64,000 nt of DNA from Escherichia coli (GTDB lineage: Bacteria > Pseudomonadota > Gammaproteobacteria > Enterobacterales > Enterobacteriaceae). The DNA is taken from assembly GCF_016903815.1 (NCBI RefSeq), contig NZ_CP069973.1; one strand, written 5' to 3'. Positions within the stretch are counted from its first letter, which is position 1; each line of letters opens with the position of its first letter. Under the pieces are notes generated by a model. The model made no database searches, was not told the origin of the DNA, and saw only the letters and a program-made list of their open reading frames with translations. Below are positions 22,523-31,450 of the stretch, in pieces. The translations under genes and the position numbers were made by a program.

Positions 22523-23520
22523 CTTTCACTACTTCCACTCCTGGCAGTTTTCCTCTTTTTGTAGTGTCTCCCGGCTGCAGGCATCAGGTACTTTTCCGTC
22601 ATTTCGTTGCAGAACTCTTCAATGTAGTTAATCAGCTTCTGGTGTGCTTTCACCTTTTCTTCCCCGGGGGACGCTTTCAGATAAATGTCCTCCTTTTCCA
22701 CAAGTGTATTTATAAACTCTCCCGGACATCCCTGGTTATAAAGCAACGTGAAAAACAACACATTCCCCAGTCTCTCCAGTAACTGCGATTTAACCCTGTA
22801 TTGTTGTTTGCTGAGGATTGATTGTTTTATAAAGCTTAGTCTTGTTAAAAGTTGTTCAAATCCCGGTTCCAGTTTAAAAACAGATTTTAATACCAGGGAC
22901 TGATACTCCTGATAAAAAAGTTCAAACGTCGGGGATGCAGACTGACGAACAGATTTGGCTACAACCCATGGACTAAATCCCATGATTGGGATTTCCTTCG
23001 CTCCCTCCAGCGCACTCAGAGGTAGTCCAGCAATCCATGCGTCCAGCTTAGCCGAATCAATATCCCCGCTCAAAACCTCATACAAACTGCCCGTGAACGG
23101 TTGAGTCGGTTTTTTTGTTGTTTTACCTTCTGATTGCCTGAATCCATCCACTTTTCTCCGGATATTACGCGGAATCAGCATAAAAGGCGGGACATTAAGT
23201 GATAAACGTTTACCCGTCATACGATACCAGTGGCCCACCTCAACCTTAATCCGTGTATCTGGCCTTGTATCTGGCCTTGTATCTGGCCTTAGCTCAAGTG
23301 CTATTATGTTAAGCAGGTACAGATAACGCACCGTATAACAGTCAAAATGTTTCTCCGGATCAAACGGCTCTGATCGTTCTCTGCACACAAGTCCGCTGCG
23401 CTTCAGTATTCGCTGGGTATCTTTCCAGGCCTTACTCTGAAGAATGGTGGTAACTCTGGCTTTATTAGCAATCTCACGCAGCGCATCACTTTGTTGTGCC
23501 GTCATCTCTTCCCTCCACAC
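22519..23520 (-). CDS. Hypothetical protein containing in-frame tandem repeat (RPDT)x3, divergent from GTPase gene
   Basis: 333-aa ORF; 12-bp tandem repeat at ~23255-23292; function unknown. Confidence 0.55.
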   Translation of the reverse strand: MWREEMTAQQSDALREIANKARVTTILQSKAWKDTQRILKRSGLVCRERSEPFDPEKHFDCYTVRYLYLLNIIALELRPDTRPDTRPDTRIKVEVGHWYRMTGKRLSLNVPPFMLIPRNIRRKVDGFRQSEGKTTKKPTQPFTGSLYEVLSGDIDSAKLDAWIAGLPLSALEGAKEIPIMGFSPWVVAKSVRQSASPTFELFYQEYQSLVLKSVFKLEPGFEQLLTRLSFIKQSILSKQQYRVKSQLLERLGNVLFFTLLYNQGCPGEFINTLVEKEDIYLKASPGEEKVKAHQKLINYIEEFCNEMTEKYLMPAAGRHYKKRKTARSGSSES

Positions 23521-23611
23521 TTTGTCACTCCAGATTTTTTCACGTCCATATTACCTGAATGATAAACCGGATTAGTGTGATCCGGTTCAGCGAAATCAAC
23601 AGGATACCGGT

Positions 23612-24496
23612 ATGTCATTCAGCCATTCTTCCCTCTCTGCACAAGTGAAATCATATCTGACGTTTCTTCCTGAAGAAATTCGCCAGAAAATCCTTGAACA
23701 TCTCCACGGTGTTATTCATTACGAGCCCGTGATTGGCATTATGGGTAAATCCGGCACAGGCAAAAGCAGCCTGTGTAATGCCATTTTTCAGTCCCGTATC
23801 TGCGCCACGCATCCCCTGAACGGCTGCACCCGCCAGGCTCATCGTCTTACCCTGCAGCTCGGTGAACGCAGAATGACGCTGGTCGATCTGCCCGGCATTG
23901 GTGAAACACCGCAGCATGATCAGGAATACCGGACACTTTATCGTCAGCTGCTACCGGAACTGGATCTGATTATCTGGATCCTACGGGCTGATGAACGTGC
24001 GTATGCTGCCGATATTGCCATGCATCAGTTTTTACTGAATGAAGGTGCAGATCCCTCGCGTTTTCTGTTTGTTCTCAGCCATGCCGATCGCGTGTTTCCT
24101 GCTGAAGAATGGAACGACACAGAAAAATGCCCGTCCCGTCAGCAGGCGCTCTCACTGGCGACGGTGACAGCCCGGGTGGCAACCCTGTTCCCTTCATCAT
24201 TTCCGGTACTCTCCGTTGCTGCACCTGTCGGCTGGAACCTTCCGGCGTTTGTGTCGCTGATGATCCACGCACTGCCACCACAGGCAACCAGCGCGGTGTA
24301 TTCACATATCCGGGGAGAAAACCGCTCTGAACAGGCCCAGAAACACGCACAACAGACTTTTGGTGACGCCATCGGGAAAAGCTTTGACGCTGCCGTTGTC
24401 CGGTTCAGTTTTCCGGCCTGGATGTTACAGCTTCTCCGTAAAGCCCGGGACCGCATTATCCACCTGCTGGTCACACTGTGGGATCGTCTGTTCTGA
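23612..24496 (+). CDS. YeeP/YkfA-family GTPase (cryptic-prophage type)
   Basis: 294-aa ORF with P-loop GIMGKSGTGKSS and G-domain motif DLPG. Confidence 0.8.
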   Translation: MSFSHSSLSAQVKSYLTFLPEEIRQKILEHLHGVIHYEPVIGIMGKSGTGKSSLCNAIFQSRICATHPLNGCTRQAHRLTLQLGERRMTLVDLPGIGETPQHDQEYRTLYRQLLPELDLIIWILRADERAYAADIAMHQFLLNEGADPSRFLFVLSHADRVFPAEEWNDTEKCPSRQQALSLATVTARVATLFPSSFPVLSVAAPVGWNLPAFVSLMIHALPPQATSAVYSHIRGENRSEQAQKHAQQTFGDAIGKSFDAAVVRFSFPAWMLQLLRKARDRIIHLLVTLWDRLF

Positions 24497-24614
24497 GCGC
24501 CCCGGAGTCCCCCGTGGCAACCGTATACCTTTACACGACAACGGATTACGGTAACCACTGCCGTATACCGTCTGTCATTATCAATAACACGCTCTTTAAT
24601 TTCAGAGGTCAGTC

Positions 24615-25292
24615 ATGAATACCAGAATTCTTTTTCCCCTGCTGTTCACTGTGGCATCCTTCTCCGCCTCCGCCGGCAACTGGGCTGTCAAAAACGGCTG
24701 GTGTCAGACCATGACGGAAGATGGTCAGGCACTGGTAATGCTGAAAAATGGCACGATTGGTATTACCGGCCTGATGCAGGAATGCCCGAATGGCGTACAG
24801 ACGCTCCTGGGCAGCCGTATCAGTATTAACGGTAACCTGATCCCCACATCACAAATGTGTAATCAGCAGACGGGATTCAGGGCTGTTGAGGTGGAAGTCG
24901 GACAGGCGCCGGAAATGGTCAAAAAAGCCGTTCACTCCATAGCAGAGCGTGATGTGTCCGTTTTACAGGCATTTGGTGTACGAATGGAATTCACCCGCGG
25001 TGATATGCTGAAGGTCTGTCCGAAATTTGTCACATCACTTGCCGGTTTTTCCCCGAAACAGACACCCGCCATTAATAAAGATTCCGTCCTGCAGGCTGCC
25101 CGGCAGGCATACGCCCGGGAATATGACGAGGAAACAACAGAAACCGCTGATTTTGGCTCTTACGAAGTAAAAGGCAATAAGGTTGAGTTTGAAGTGTTCA
25201 ATCCTGAAGACCGTGCGTACGACAAAGTGACCGTCACGGTTGGTGCTGACGGTAATGCCACCGGTGCCAGCGTTGAATTTATCGGAAAATAG
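24615..25292 (+). CDS. Secreted hypothetical protein (signal peptide)
   Basis: 225-aa ORF with N-terminal signal peptide [20 protein letters not shown]; no recognised domain. Confidence 0.5.
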   Translation: MNTRILFPLLFTVASFSASAGNWAVKNGWCQTMTEDGQALVMLKNGTIGITGLMQECPNGVQTLLGSRISINGNLIPTSQMCNQQTGFRAVEVEVGQAPEMVKKAVHSIAERDVSVLQAFGVRMEFTRGDMLKVCPKFVTSLAGFSPKQTPAINKDSVLQAARQAYAREYDEETTETADFGSYEVKGNKVEFEVFNPEDRAYDKVTVTVGADGNATGASVEFIGK

Positions 25293-25297
25293 CCGGT

Positions 25298-25531
25298 ATG
25301 TCGGACTGTCACCCTGTTTTATTGCCCGAAGGCCCTTTCTCACGCGAACAGGCGGTTGCCGTCACAACAGCTTACCGCAATGTGCTTATTGAAGATGACC
25401 AGGGAACGCATTTCCGGCTGGTTATCCGTAATGCTGAAGGTCAGTTGCGCTGGCGATACTGGAATTTTGAACCTGATGCCGGAAAACAGCTAAATCCGCA
25501 TCTCGCCAGTGAGGGAATTCTCAGGCAATAA
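25298..25531 (+). CDS. DUF905-family small protein
   Basis: 77-aa ORF in the position that DUF905 occupies in CP4-type islands. Confidence 0.5.
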   Translation: MSDCHPVLLPEGPFSREQAVAVTTAYRNVLIEDDQGTHFRLVIRNAEGQLRWRYWNFEPDAGKQLNPHLASEGILRQ

Positions 25532-25620
25532 ACGTCTTCATTTCATCCATCAGGCCGCGTCTTCTCCGGGAGACGCGGCCTTTTCATTTATACCGCTAAC
25601 TCATTCATAAGGAGCAAAGT

Positions 25621-26439
25621 ATGCAATTAGCCAGTCGTTTTGGTCATGTAAATCAGATCCGTCGGGAGCGCCCACTGACACGCGAAGAACTGATGTACCA
25701 CGTCCCGAGTATTTTTGGAGAAGACCGGCACACCTCCCGCAGTGAACGGTATGCGTACATTCCCACCATCACCGTCCTGGAAAATCTGCAGCGGGAAGGC
25801 TTTCAGCCGTTCTTCGCCTGCCAGACCCGTGTGCGCGACCAGAGCCGTCGGGAATATACCAAACACATGCTGCGTCTGCGGCGGAGCGGACAGATAACCG
25901 GCCAGCATGTGCCTGAAATTATTCTGCTCAACTCCCATGACGGTTCATCCAGCTACCAGATGTTACCCGGATATTTTCGTGCCATCTGCACCAATGGCCT
26001 GGTCTGCGGTCAGTCGCTGGGAGAAGTCCGGGTGCCACACCGGGGAAACGTGGTGGACAGGGTGATTGAAGGTGCTTACGAAGTGGTGGGCGTTTTTGAC
26101 CGGATTGAGGAAAAGCGTGATGCCATGCAGTCGCTGCTCTTACCGCCACCGGCACGTCAGGCACTGGCTCAGGCGGCACTGACTTACCGTTATGGTGACG
26201 AACATCAGCCCGTCACCACTGCCGACATTCTGACACCACGACGCCGGGAGGATTACGGTAAGGACCTGTGGAGTGCTTATCAGACCATCCAGGAGAATAT
26301 GCTGAAAGGCGGGATTTCCGGCCGCAGTGCAAAAGGAAAACGTATCCATACCCGGGCCATTCACAACATCGACACCGACATTAAGCTCAATCGCGCATTG
26401 TGGGTGATGGCGGAAACGCTGCTGGAGAACCTGCGCTGA
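25621..26439 (+). CDS. DUF932-family protein (YafZ-like)
   Basis: 272-aa ORF; size and position match yafZ-type genes of E. coli cryptic prophages. Confidence 0.6.
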   Translation: MQLASRFGHVNQIRRERPLTREELMYHVPSIFGEDRHTSRSERYAYIPTITVLENLQREGFQPFFACQTRVRDQSRREYTKHMLRLRRSGQITGQHVPEIILLNSHDGSSSYQMLPGYFRAICTNGLVCGQSLGEVRVPHRGNVVDRVIEGAYEVVGVFDRIEEKRDAMQSLLLPPPARQALAQAALTYRYGDEHQPVTTADILTPRRREDYGKDLWSAYQTIQENMLKGGISGRSAKGKRIHTRAIHNIDTDIKLNRALWVMAETLLENLR

Positions 26440-26491
26440 TGCCGTTTACCTGAATCACGTCTGTCCCTGCCCCCGAGCCTTCTTCATTCAT

Positions 26492-27001
26492 TTGCTTTTT
26501 ATAAGGAATAATATCATGACAACCTCTTCGCATAATTCCACCACACCTTCTGTTTCCGTAACTACTGCATCAGGGAATAACCAGTCTCAACTGGTTGCCA
26601 CTCCCGTCCCTGATGAACAGCGCATCAGCTTCTGGCCGCAGCACTTTGGCCTCATTCCACAGTGGGTGACCCTGGAGCCCCGCGTCTTCGGCTGGATGGA
26701 CCGTCTGTGCGAAGACTACTGCGGTGGTATCTGGAATCTGTACACCCTGAACAACGGCGGGGCATTTATGGCACCCGAACCGGATGACGATGATGACGAA
26801 ACATGGGTACTGTTCAATGCCATGAACGGTAACCGCGCTGAAATGAGCCCGGAAGCTGCCGGTATTGCCGCCTGTCTGATGACGTACAGTCATCATGCCT
26901 GTCGTACGGAGTGTTATGCCATGACGGTCCATTATTACCGGCTGCGGGATTACGCCCTGCAGCATCCGGAATGCAGCGCCATTATGCGCATCATCGACTG
27001 A
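26492..27001 (+). CDS. Antirestriction protein (KlcA/ArdB family, YfjX/YafX-like)
   Basis: 169-aa ORF (probable start MTTSSHNS at 26516); characteristic acidic stretch PEPDDDDDETW. Confidence 0.7.
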   Translation: MLFIRNNIMTTSSHNSTTPSVSVTTASGNNQSQLVATPVPDEQRISFWPQHFGLIPQWVTLEPRVFGWMDRLCEDYCGGIWNLYTLNNGGAFMAPEPDDDDDETWVLFNAMNGNRAEMSPEAAGIAACLMTYSHHACRTECYAMTVHYYRLRDYALQHPECSAIMRIID

Positions 27002-27493
27002 ATGGAGGCAGGGACAATGCAGCAGCTTTCCTTTCTGCCCGGAGAAATGACGCCCGGCGAGCGCAGTCTCATTCTGCGGGCTCTGAAAACCCTGGACCGC
27101 CATCTTCATGAACCCGGTGTGGCCTTCACCTCCACCCGTGCGGCACGGGAATGGCTGATTCTGAACATGGCGGGACTGGAGCGTGAAGAGTTCCGGGTGC
27201 TGTATCTGAATAACCAGAATCAGCTGATTGCCGGTGAAACCCTCTTCACCGGCACCATCAACCGCACGGAAGTCCATCCCCGGGAAGTGATTAAACGCGC
27301 CCTGTATCACAATGCCGCTGCCGTGGTGCTGGCACACAATCACCCGTCAGGTGAAGTCACACCCAGCAAGGCAGACCGCCTTATTACGGAACGTCTGGTA
27401 CAGGCACTGGCCCTGGTGGATATCCGGGTGCCGGACCATCTGATAATCGGTGGCAGCCAGGTTTTCTCCTTTGCGGAACACGGTCTGCTTTAA
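27002..27493 (+). CDS. RadC-like JAB-domain protein (YeeS/YkfG-like)
   Basis: 163-aa ORF with JAMM-like motif VVLAHNHPSGEVTPSKADRLIT. Confidence 0.8.
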   Translation: MEAGTMQQLSFLPGEMTPGERSLILRALKTLDRHLHEPGVAFTSTRAAREWLILNMAGLEREEFRVLYLNNQNQLIAGETLFTGTINRTEVHPREVIKRALYHNAAAVVLAHNHPSGEVTPSKADRLITERLVQALALVDIRVPDHLIIGGSQVFSFAEHGLL

Positions 27494-27561
27494 CCCGTCA
27501 CCGTCACAACCACATCACACCTGTTTTCACTTTTATCTTCTGTCTTCAGAGGTATCACACT

Positions 27562-27783
27562 ATGAAAATCATCACCCGTGGTGAAGCCATGCGTATTCAC
27601 CGTCAGCATCCTGCATCCCGTCTTTTTCCGTTCTGTACCGGCAAATACCGCTGGCATGGTGGCACTGAAGCGTATACCGGTCGTGAAGTGCAGGATATTC
27701 CCGGTGTGCTGGCTGTATTTGCAGAACGCCGTAAGGACAGTTTTGGCCCGTATGTCCGGCTGATGAGTGTCACCCTGAACTGA
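27562..27783 (+). CDS. DUF987-family protein (YeeT/YkfH-like)
   Basis: 73-aa ORF MKIITRGEAMRIHRQHPASRLFPFCTGKYRWHG..., near-identical to my recollection of YeeT. Confidence 0.8.
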   Translation: MKIITRGEAMRIHRQHPASRLFPFCTGKYRWHGGTEAYTGREVQDIPGVLAVFAERRKDSFGPYVRLMSVTLN

Positions 27784-27945
27784 TGTTCCGTCACCCGGGA
27801 AACGAGTACGACCAGATGACCTCAGACGCCGCTGTGGATGAGGCCATTCTCATCAACGAATACACCTTCACCGAAACCGGTCAGCGCGCCGGCTGACCTG
27901 TCATCATTAAACCATTCTTAACCACTTTTCAGAGAGGATTTTATC

Positions 27946-28314
27946 GTGTCAGACAAACTCTCCGGGATAACTCATCCCGACGACAATCACGACCGCCCCT
28001 GGTGGGGGCTTCCCTGCACAGTGAGGCCCTGTTTTGGCGCTCGTCTGGTGCAGGAGGGTAACCGCCTGCATTACCTTGCCGACCGCGCCGGTATCAGAGG
28101 CCGCTTCAGCGACGCAGATGCATACCATCTGGACCAGGCCTTTCCGCTGCTGATGAAACAACTGGAACTCATGCTCACCAGCGGTGAACTGAATCCCCGA
28201 CATCAGCATACCGTCACGCTGTATGCGAAAGGGCTGACCTGCGAAGCCGACACCCTCGGCTCCTGTGGTTACGTTTATCTGGCTGTTTATCCGACGCCCG
28301 AAACGAAAAAGTAA
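27946..28314 (+). CDS. cbeA: Type IV antitoxin CbeA (YeeU/YagB family)
   Basis: 122-aa ORF immediately upstream of cbtA; matches my recollection of YeeU-family antitoxins. Confidence 0.8.
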   Translation: MSDKLSGITHPDDNHDRPWWGLPCTVRPCFGARLVQEGNRLHYLADRAGIRGRFSDADAYHLDQAFPLLMKQLELMLTSGELNPRHQHTVTLYAKGLTCEADTLGSCGYVYLAVYPTPETKK

Positions 28315-28403
28315 ACCACCGGAATAACCTTCTGCTCCGGCCTGGTGCTTTCACCACGCCACTTTTCCATTTTTCATCTCTGCATATCAGGAAAACCTTC
28401 AGT

Positions 28404-28781
28404 ATGAAAACATTACCCGATACACACGTACGGGAGGCATCGAGCTGCCCGTCTCCCGTCACCATCTGGCAGACTCTGCTCTCCCGACTACTGGGCCAGC
28501 ATTACGGCCTTACACTGAATGACACACCGTTCGCCGATGAACGTGTGATTGAGCAGCATATTGAAGCTGGCATTTCACTGTGTGATGCGGTGAATTTTCT
28601 CGTGGAAAAATACGCGCTGGTGCGTACCGACCAGCCGGGATTCAGCACTTGTCCCCGCTCTCAGTTAATAAACAGTATTGATATCCTCCGGGCTCGCCGG
28701 GCGACCGGCCTGATGACCCGCGACAACTACAGAACGGTAAATAACATTACCCTGGGTAAACATCCGGGGGCGAAACAATGA
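28404..28781 (+). CDS. cbtA: Type IV toxin CbtA (YeeV family, cytoskeleton-targeting)
   Basis: 125-aa ORF MKTLPDTHVREASSCPSPVTIWQTLLSRLL..., YeeV-family pattern. Confidence 0.8.
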   Translation: MKTLPDTHVREASSCPSPVTIWQTLLSRLLGQHYGLTLNDTPFADERVIEQHIEAGISLCDAVNFLVEKYALVRTDQPGFSTCPRSQLINSIDILRARRATGLMTRDNYRTVNNITLGKHPGAKQ

Positions 28782-29200
28782 AACTGGCCCTGACGCTGGA
28801 AGCCGACAGCATTAATGCGCAGGCGCTGAACATGGGGCGCATTGTCGTTGACGTCGATGGTATTAAGCTCGCTGAACTGATTAACAAAGTCGCTGAAAAC
28901 GGTTATTCACTCCGCGTGGTGGATGAACATGACGCTACCGAAACACCGGCGACTTCTGCCAGCCCTCATCAGTTGCCGGAAGACAATACAGTGATACAGA
29001 GCGTGATGCCATTAACCACTGAAACAGCGCTGGATATCCTCATTGCGTGGCTGCAGGACAATATTGACTGCGAATCGGAAATTATCTTTGACAACGATGA
29101 GGACAAAACGGATTCGGCAGCACTGTTGCCCTGTATTGAACAGGCCAGGGAGGATATCCGTACCCTGCGCCAACTGCAGCTTCTGTACCAGAACCGGTGA
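28778..29200 (+). CDS. YeeW-like protein (DUF5983)
   Basis: 140-aa ORF overlapping the cbtA stop, as in yeeV-yeeW. Confidence 0.6.
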   Translation: MKLALTLEADSINAQALNMGRIVVDVDGIKLAELINKVAENGYSLRVVDEHDATETPATSASPHQLPEDNTVIQSVMPLTTETALDILIAWLQDNIDCESEIIFDNDEDKTDSAALLPCIEQAREDIRTLRQLQLLYQNR

Positions 29201-29284
29201 GTCTTACTCACCAGACTTCATTCCACTGACGCCAGCCTGAACAGGGCAGGCGTTTTCATTTATCTGCAAAAAGGAATATCGATT

Positions 29285-30127
29285 ATGTCTGAAATCACAG
29301 CCCCCCGTCCGGAAGTGGTCAACGGGCATACGGACGTTATCTGCTCAACCAGTATCCGCCACATTCTGGCTGTACGAAAGAGTACACTGCTGCAAATCGA
29401 CACACTTATCCGGCAACTGGCTGAAATATCAGCAATGACAGAAAGTATTGGCGGTAAAGCCGCCCCGGGCTGGGCCATGAAACAGGATTTTCGCTACGGC
29501 TGCTGGCTGATGGAGAAACCGGAAACCGCAATGAAAGCCATCACACGCAATCTCGATCGCGAAATCTGGCGTGACCTGATGCAACGTTCAGGGATGCTTT
29601 CCTTAATGGATGCACAGGCCCGTGATACATGGTACCGGTCACTGGAGTACGATAATTTTCCGGAAATCAGTGAAGCGAACATTCTGATCACATTTGAACA
29701 ACTACACCAGAATAAGGATGAGGTGTTTGAGCGAGGGGTGATCAACGTCTTCAGGGGACTGAGCTGGAATTACAAAACCAATTGCCCCTGCAAATTTGGC
29801 AGTAAAATTATCGTCAACAACCTGGTGAGGTGGGACCGGTGGGGGTTTCATCTTATCACCGGGCAACAGACTGACCGACTCGTCGACCTGGAAAGAATGC
29901 TACATCTGTTCAGCGGCAAACCGATCCCCGACAACCGGGAAAACATCACTATTCGTCTGGATGGTCACATCCAGTCCGTTCAGGGTAAAGAGCGCTATGA
30001 AGACGAGATGTTCATCATTAAATACTTTAAGAAGGGATCTGCACACATCACTTTCAAAAGGCTGGAACTGATTGACAGAATTAACGATATAATAGCCAAG
30101 TACTTTCCTTCTGTGCTCTCAGCCTGA
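29285..30127 (+). CDS. DUF4942-domain protein
   Basis: 280-aa ORF; last gene before the pheV 3'-end repeat, the usual position of DUF4942 genes. Confidence 0.6.
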   Translation: MSEITAPRPEVVNGHTDVICSTSIRHILAVRKSTLLQIDTLIRQLAEISAMTESIGGKAAPGWAMKQDFRYGCWLMEKPETAMKAITRNLDREIWRDLMQRSGMLSLMDAQARDTWYRSLEYDNFPEISEANILITFEQLHQNKDEVFERGVINVFRGLSWNYKTNCPCKFGSKIIVNNLVRWDRWGFHLITGQQTDRLVDLERMLHLFSGKPIPDNRENITIRLDGHIQSVQGKERYEDEMFIIKYFKKGSAHITFKRLELIDRINDIIAKYFPSVLSA

Positions 30128-30237
30128 TCCCGAGTGTGATTCCCTTTCGATATCAAAAGGGACTGCGGGTATAATTGAGGGTACATTTTTAATCAAACCA
30201 AATAAATTATATTAATATCAATATGATAAAAGAAATT

Positions 30238-30259
30238 TTCGATTCCGAGTCCGGCACCA
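30238..30259 (+). repeat. Partial tRNA-Phe 3' end (TTCGATTCCGAGTCCGGCACCA), island-boundary att-type direct repeat
   Basis: Matches the 3' end of E. coli tRNA-Phe (GGTTCGATTCCGAGTCCGGGCACCA) with one G missing; no complete tRNA upstream. Confidence 0.75.
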
Positions 30260-30274
30260 CTAATTCTTAAGAAC

Positions 30275-30296
30275 CCGCCCACAAGGCGGGTTTTTG
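30275..30296 (+). terminator. Rho-independent terminator hairpin (CCCGCC-ACAA-GGCGGG + T-run) downstream of the tRNA remnant
   Basis: Perfect 6-bp stem, 4-nt loop, TTTTT; seen directly. Confidence 0.7.
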
Positions 30297-30429
30297 CTTT
30301 TGGATCTTTATATAAAATAAACTTGGGAGCATAACGCCATCAGGTCTTAAACACTCCCGAATCATCAATAAACATCCCCCGTTAACAAAACACAGTTCAG
30401 TTCACATAACATCCCTGTTATCCCACACA

Positions 30430-30649
30430 TATCTGCTGGCCGAACGACGCCAGTGCGCGTACGGAGGCAAGAGCAGCCCTGCACATGGCAGCGCTTGTGG
30501 TAACCTGGTTTAATCCGGTGATAAAGGCGTTTTACATGCATCTGCCAGCAGCCGGAAAAACCAAAAAAGTGGCGCTGGTTGACTGTATGCGTAAATTGCT
30601 GACCATCCTGAACGCAATGCTCAGAAAAAACGAAGAGTGAAATGAATCG
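30430..30649 (+). pseudogene. IS110-family transposase C-terminal remnant
   Basis: Translation ...AALVVTWFNPVIKAFYMHLPAAGKTKKVALVDCMRKLLTILNAMLRKNEE* matches the conserved IS110-family C-terminus; no upstream catalytic domain. Confidence 0.6.
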
Positions 30650-30659
30650 TAGCATCATG

Positions 30660-31450
30660 TTGCTCCATAATTTTTACGTTCAAGACAGTTGATTATCGGC
30701 GCATATGACTCAAAAAGAGCCTGATGATTGCCTCTTTTCCATAGGCTCTTTCTCTGAAGTGAAGGAAGGCCCGGAAGAAAGCACTCGCTGGCATACGTGA
30801 CTCCAGCTCAACCGGAGATAATCACCATTGTTATTTTTCTATTTAATAATAATCTCCTGAAAAATAGATATAGCAAAAATACAATCCGGCCAGATTTAAT
30901 TCCGCATTCATTACCAGAAATAATCAACACCACAACTATCATATCATTCAATAGTCACCGCTAAAATTTTATTATTTTCCTCTTCTTTACATGGAAATTG
31001 TCAACCTGTTTATTATGCCGCACTTAAATAGTTAATCACAAAACAACATCACCATTATTTGCGTGTTTTATTTATTAATAACATAGTCATACGTTCTTTT
31101 TTTACAAGGAAATAATCAATTGATAAATTGTTTTTGGTCTTAATAGTCAAGTAGGAAACATTTTAATAAATGATAAAAATCCTAAATTCCTTGTTCATAA
31201 TGTAGGGGTGTGTTAAATAGGTGGGCAAAATTTGGTTCCCCTTCTCGCCTGTAATATTGCAGCATCTTCGCACCTCCATGAGACATTGCGACTTAATAAG
31301 AAGGTGATAAGTCCTGCATATAAGCATGGACTGACCATGGTTTTATATTCATTAAAAATTTTGTTACAACCCATTGATTTAGCATAAATAAATTATAGTG
31401 GGTTCGGGTTAGTTGTGACTGTGGCATTATTTCCGTGCAAAGGAGCTGAT
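30660..31450 (+). promoter_or_regulatory. AT-rich kps region 1 promoter/leader region upstream of kpsF
   Basis: ~790 bp AT-rich non-coding DNA upstream of kpsF; exact promoter elements not resolved. Confidence 0.35.

Noticed and set aside
30238-30259. tRNA gene call for pheV
   Set aside because: Only the last 22 nt of tRNA-Phe are present, with no acceptor or anticodon arms upstream. It is an attachment-site-type repeat, not a functional tRNA.
30365-30658. 97-aa minus-strand ORF
   Set aside because: It is antisense to the IS110-family transposase remnant and has no recognisable features.
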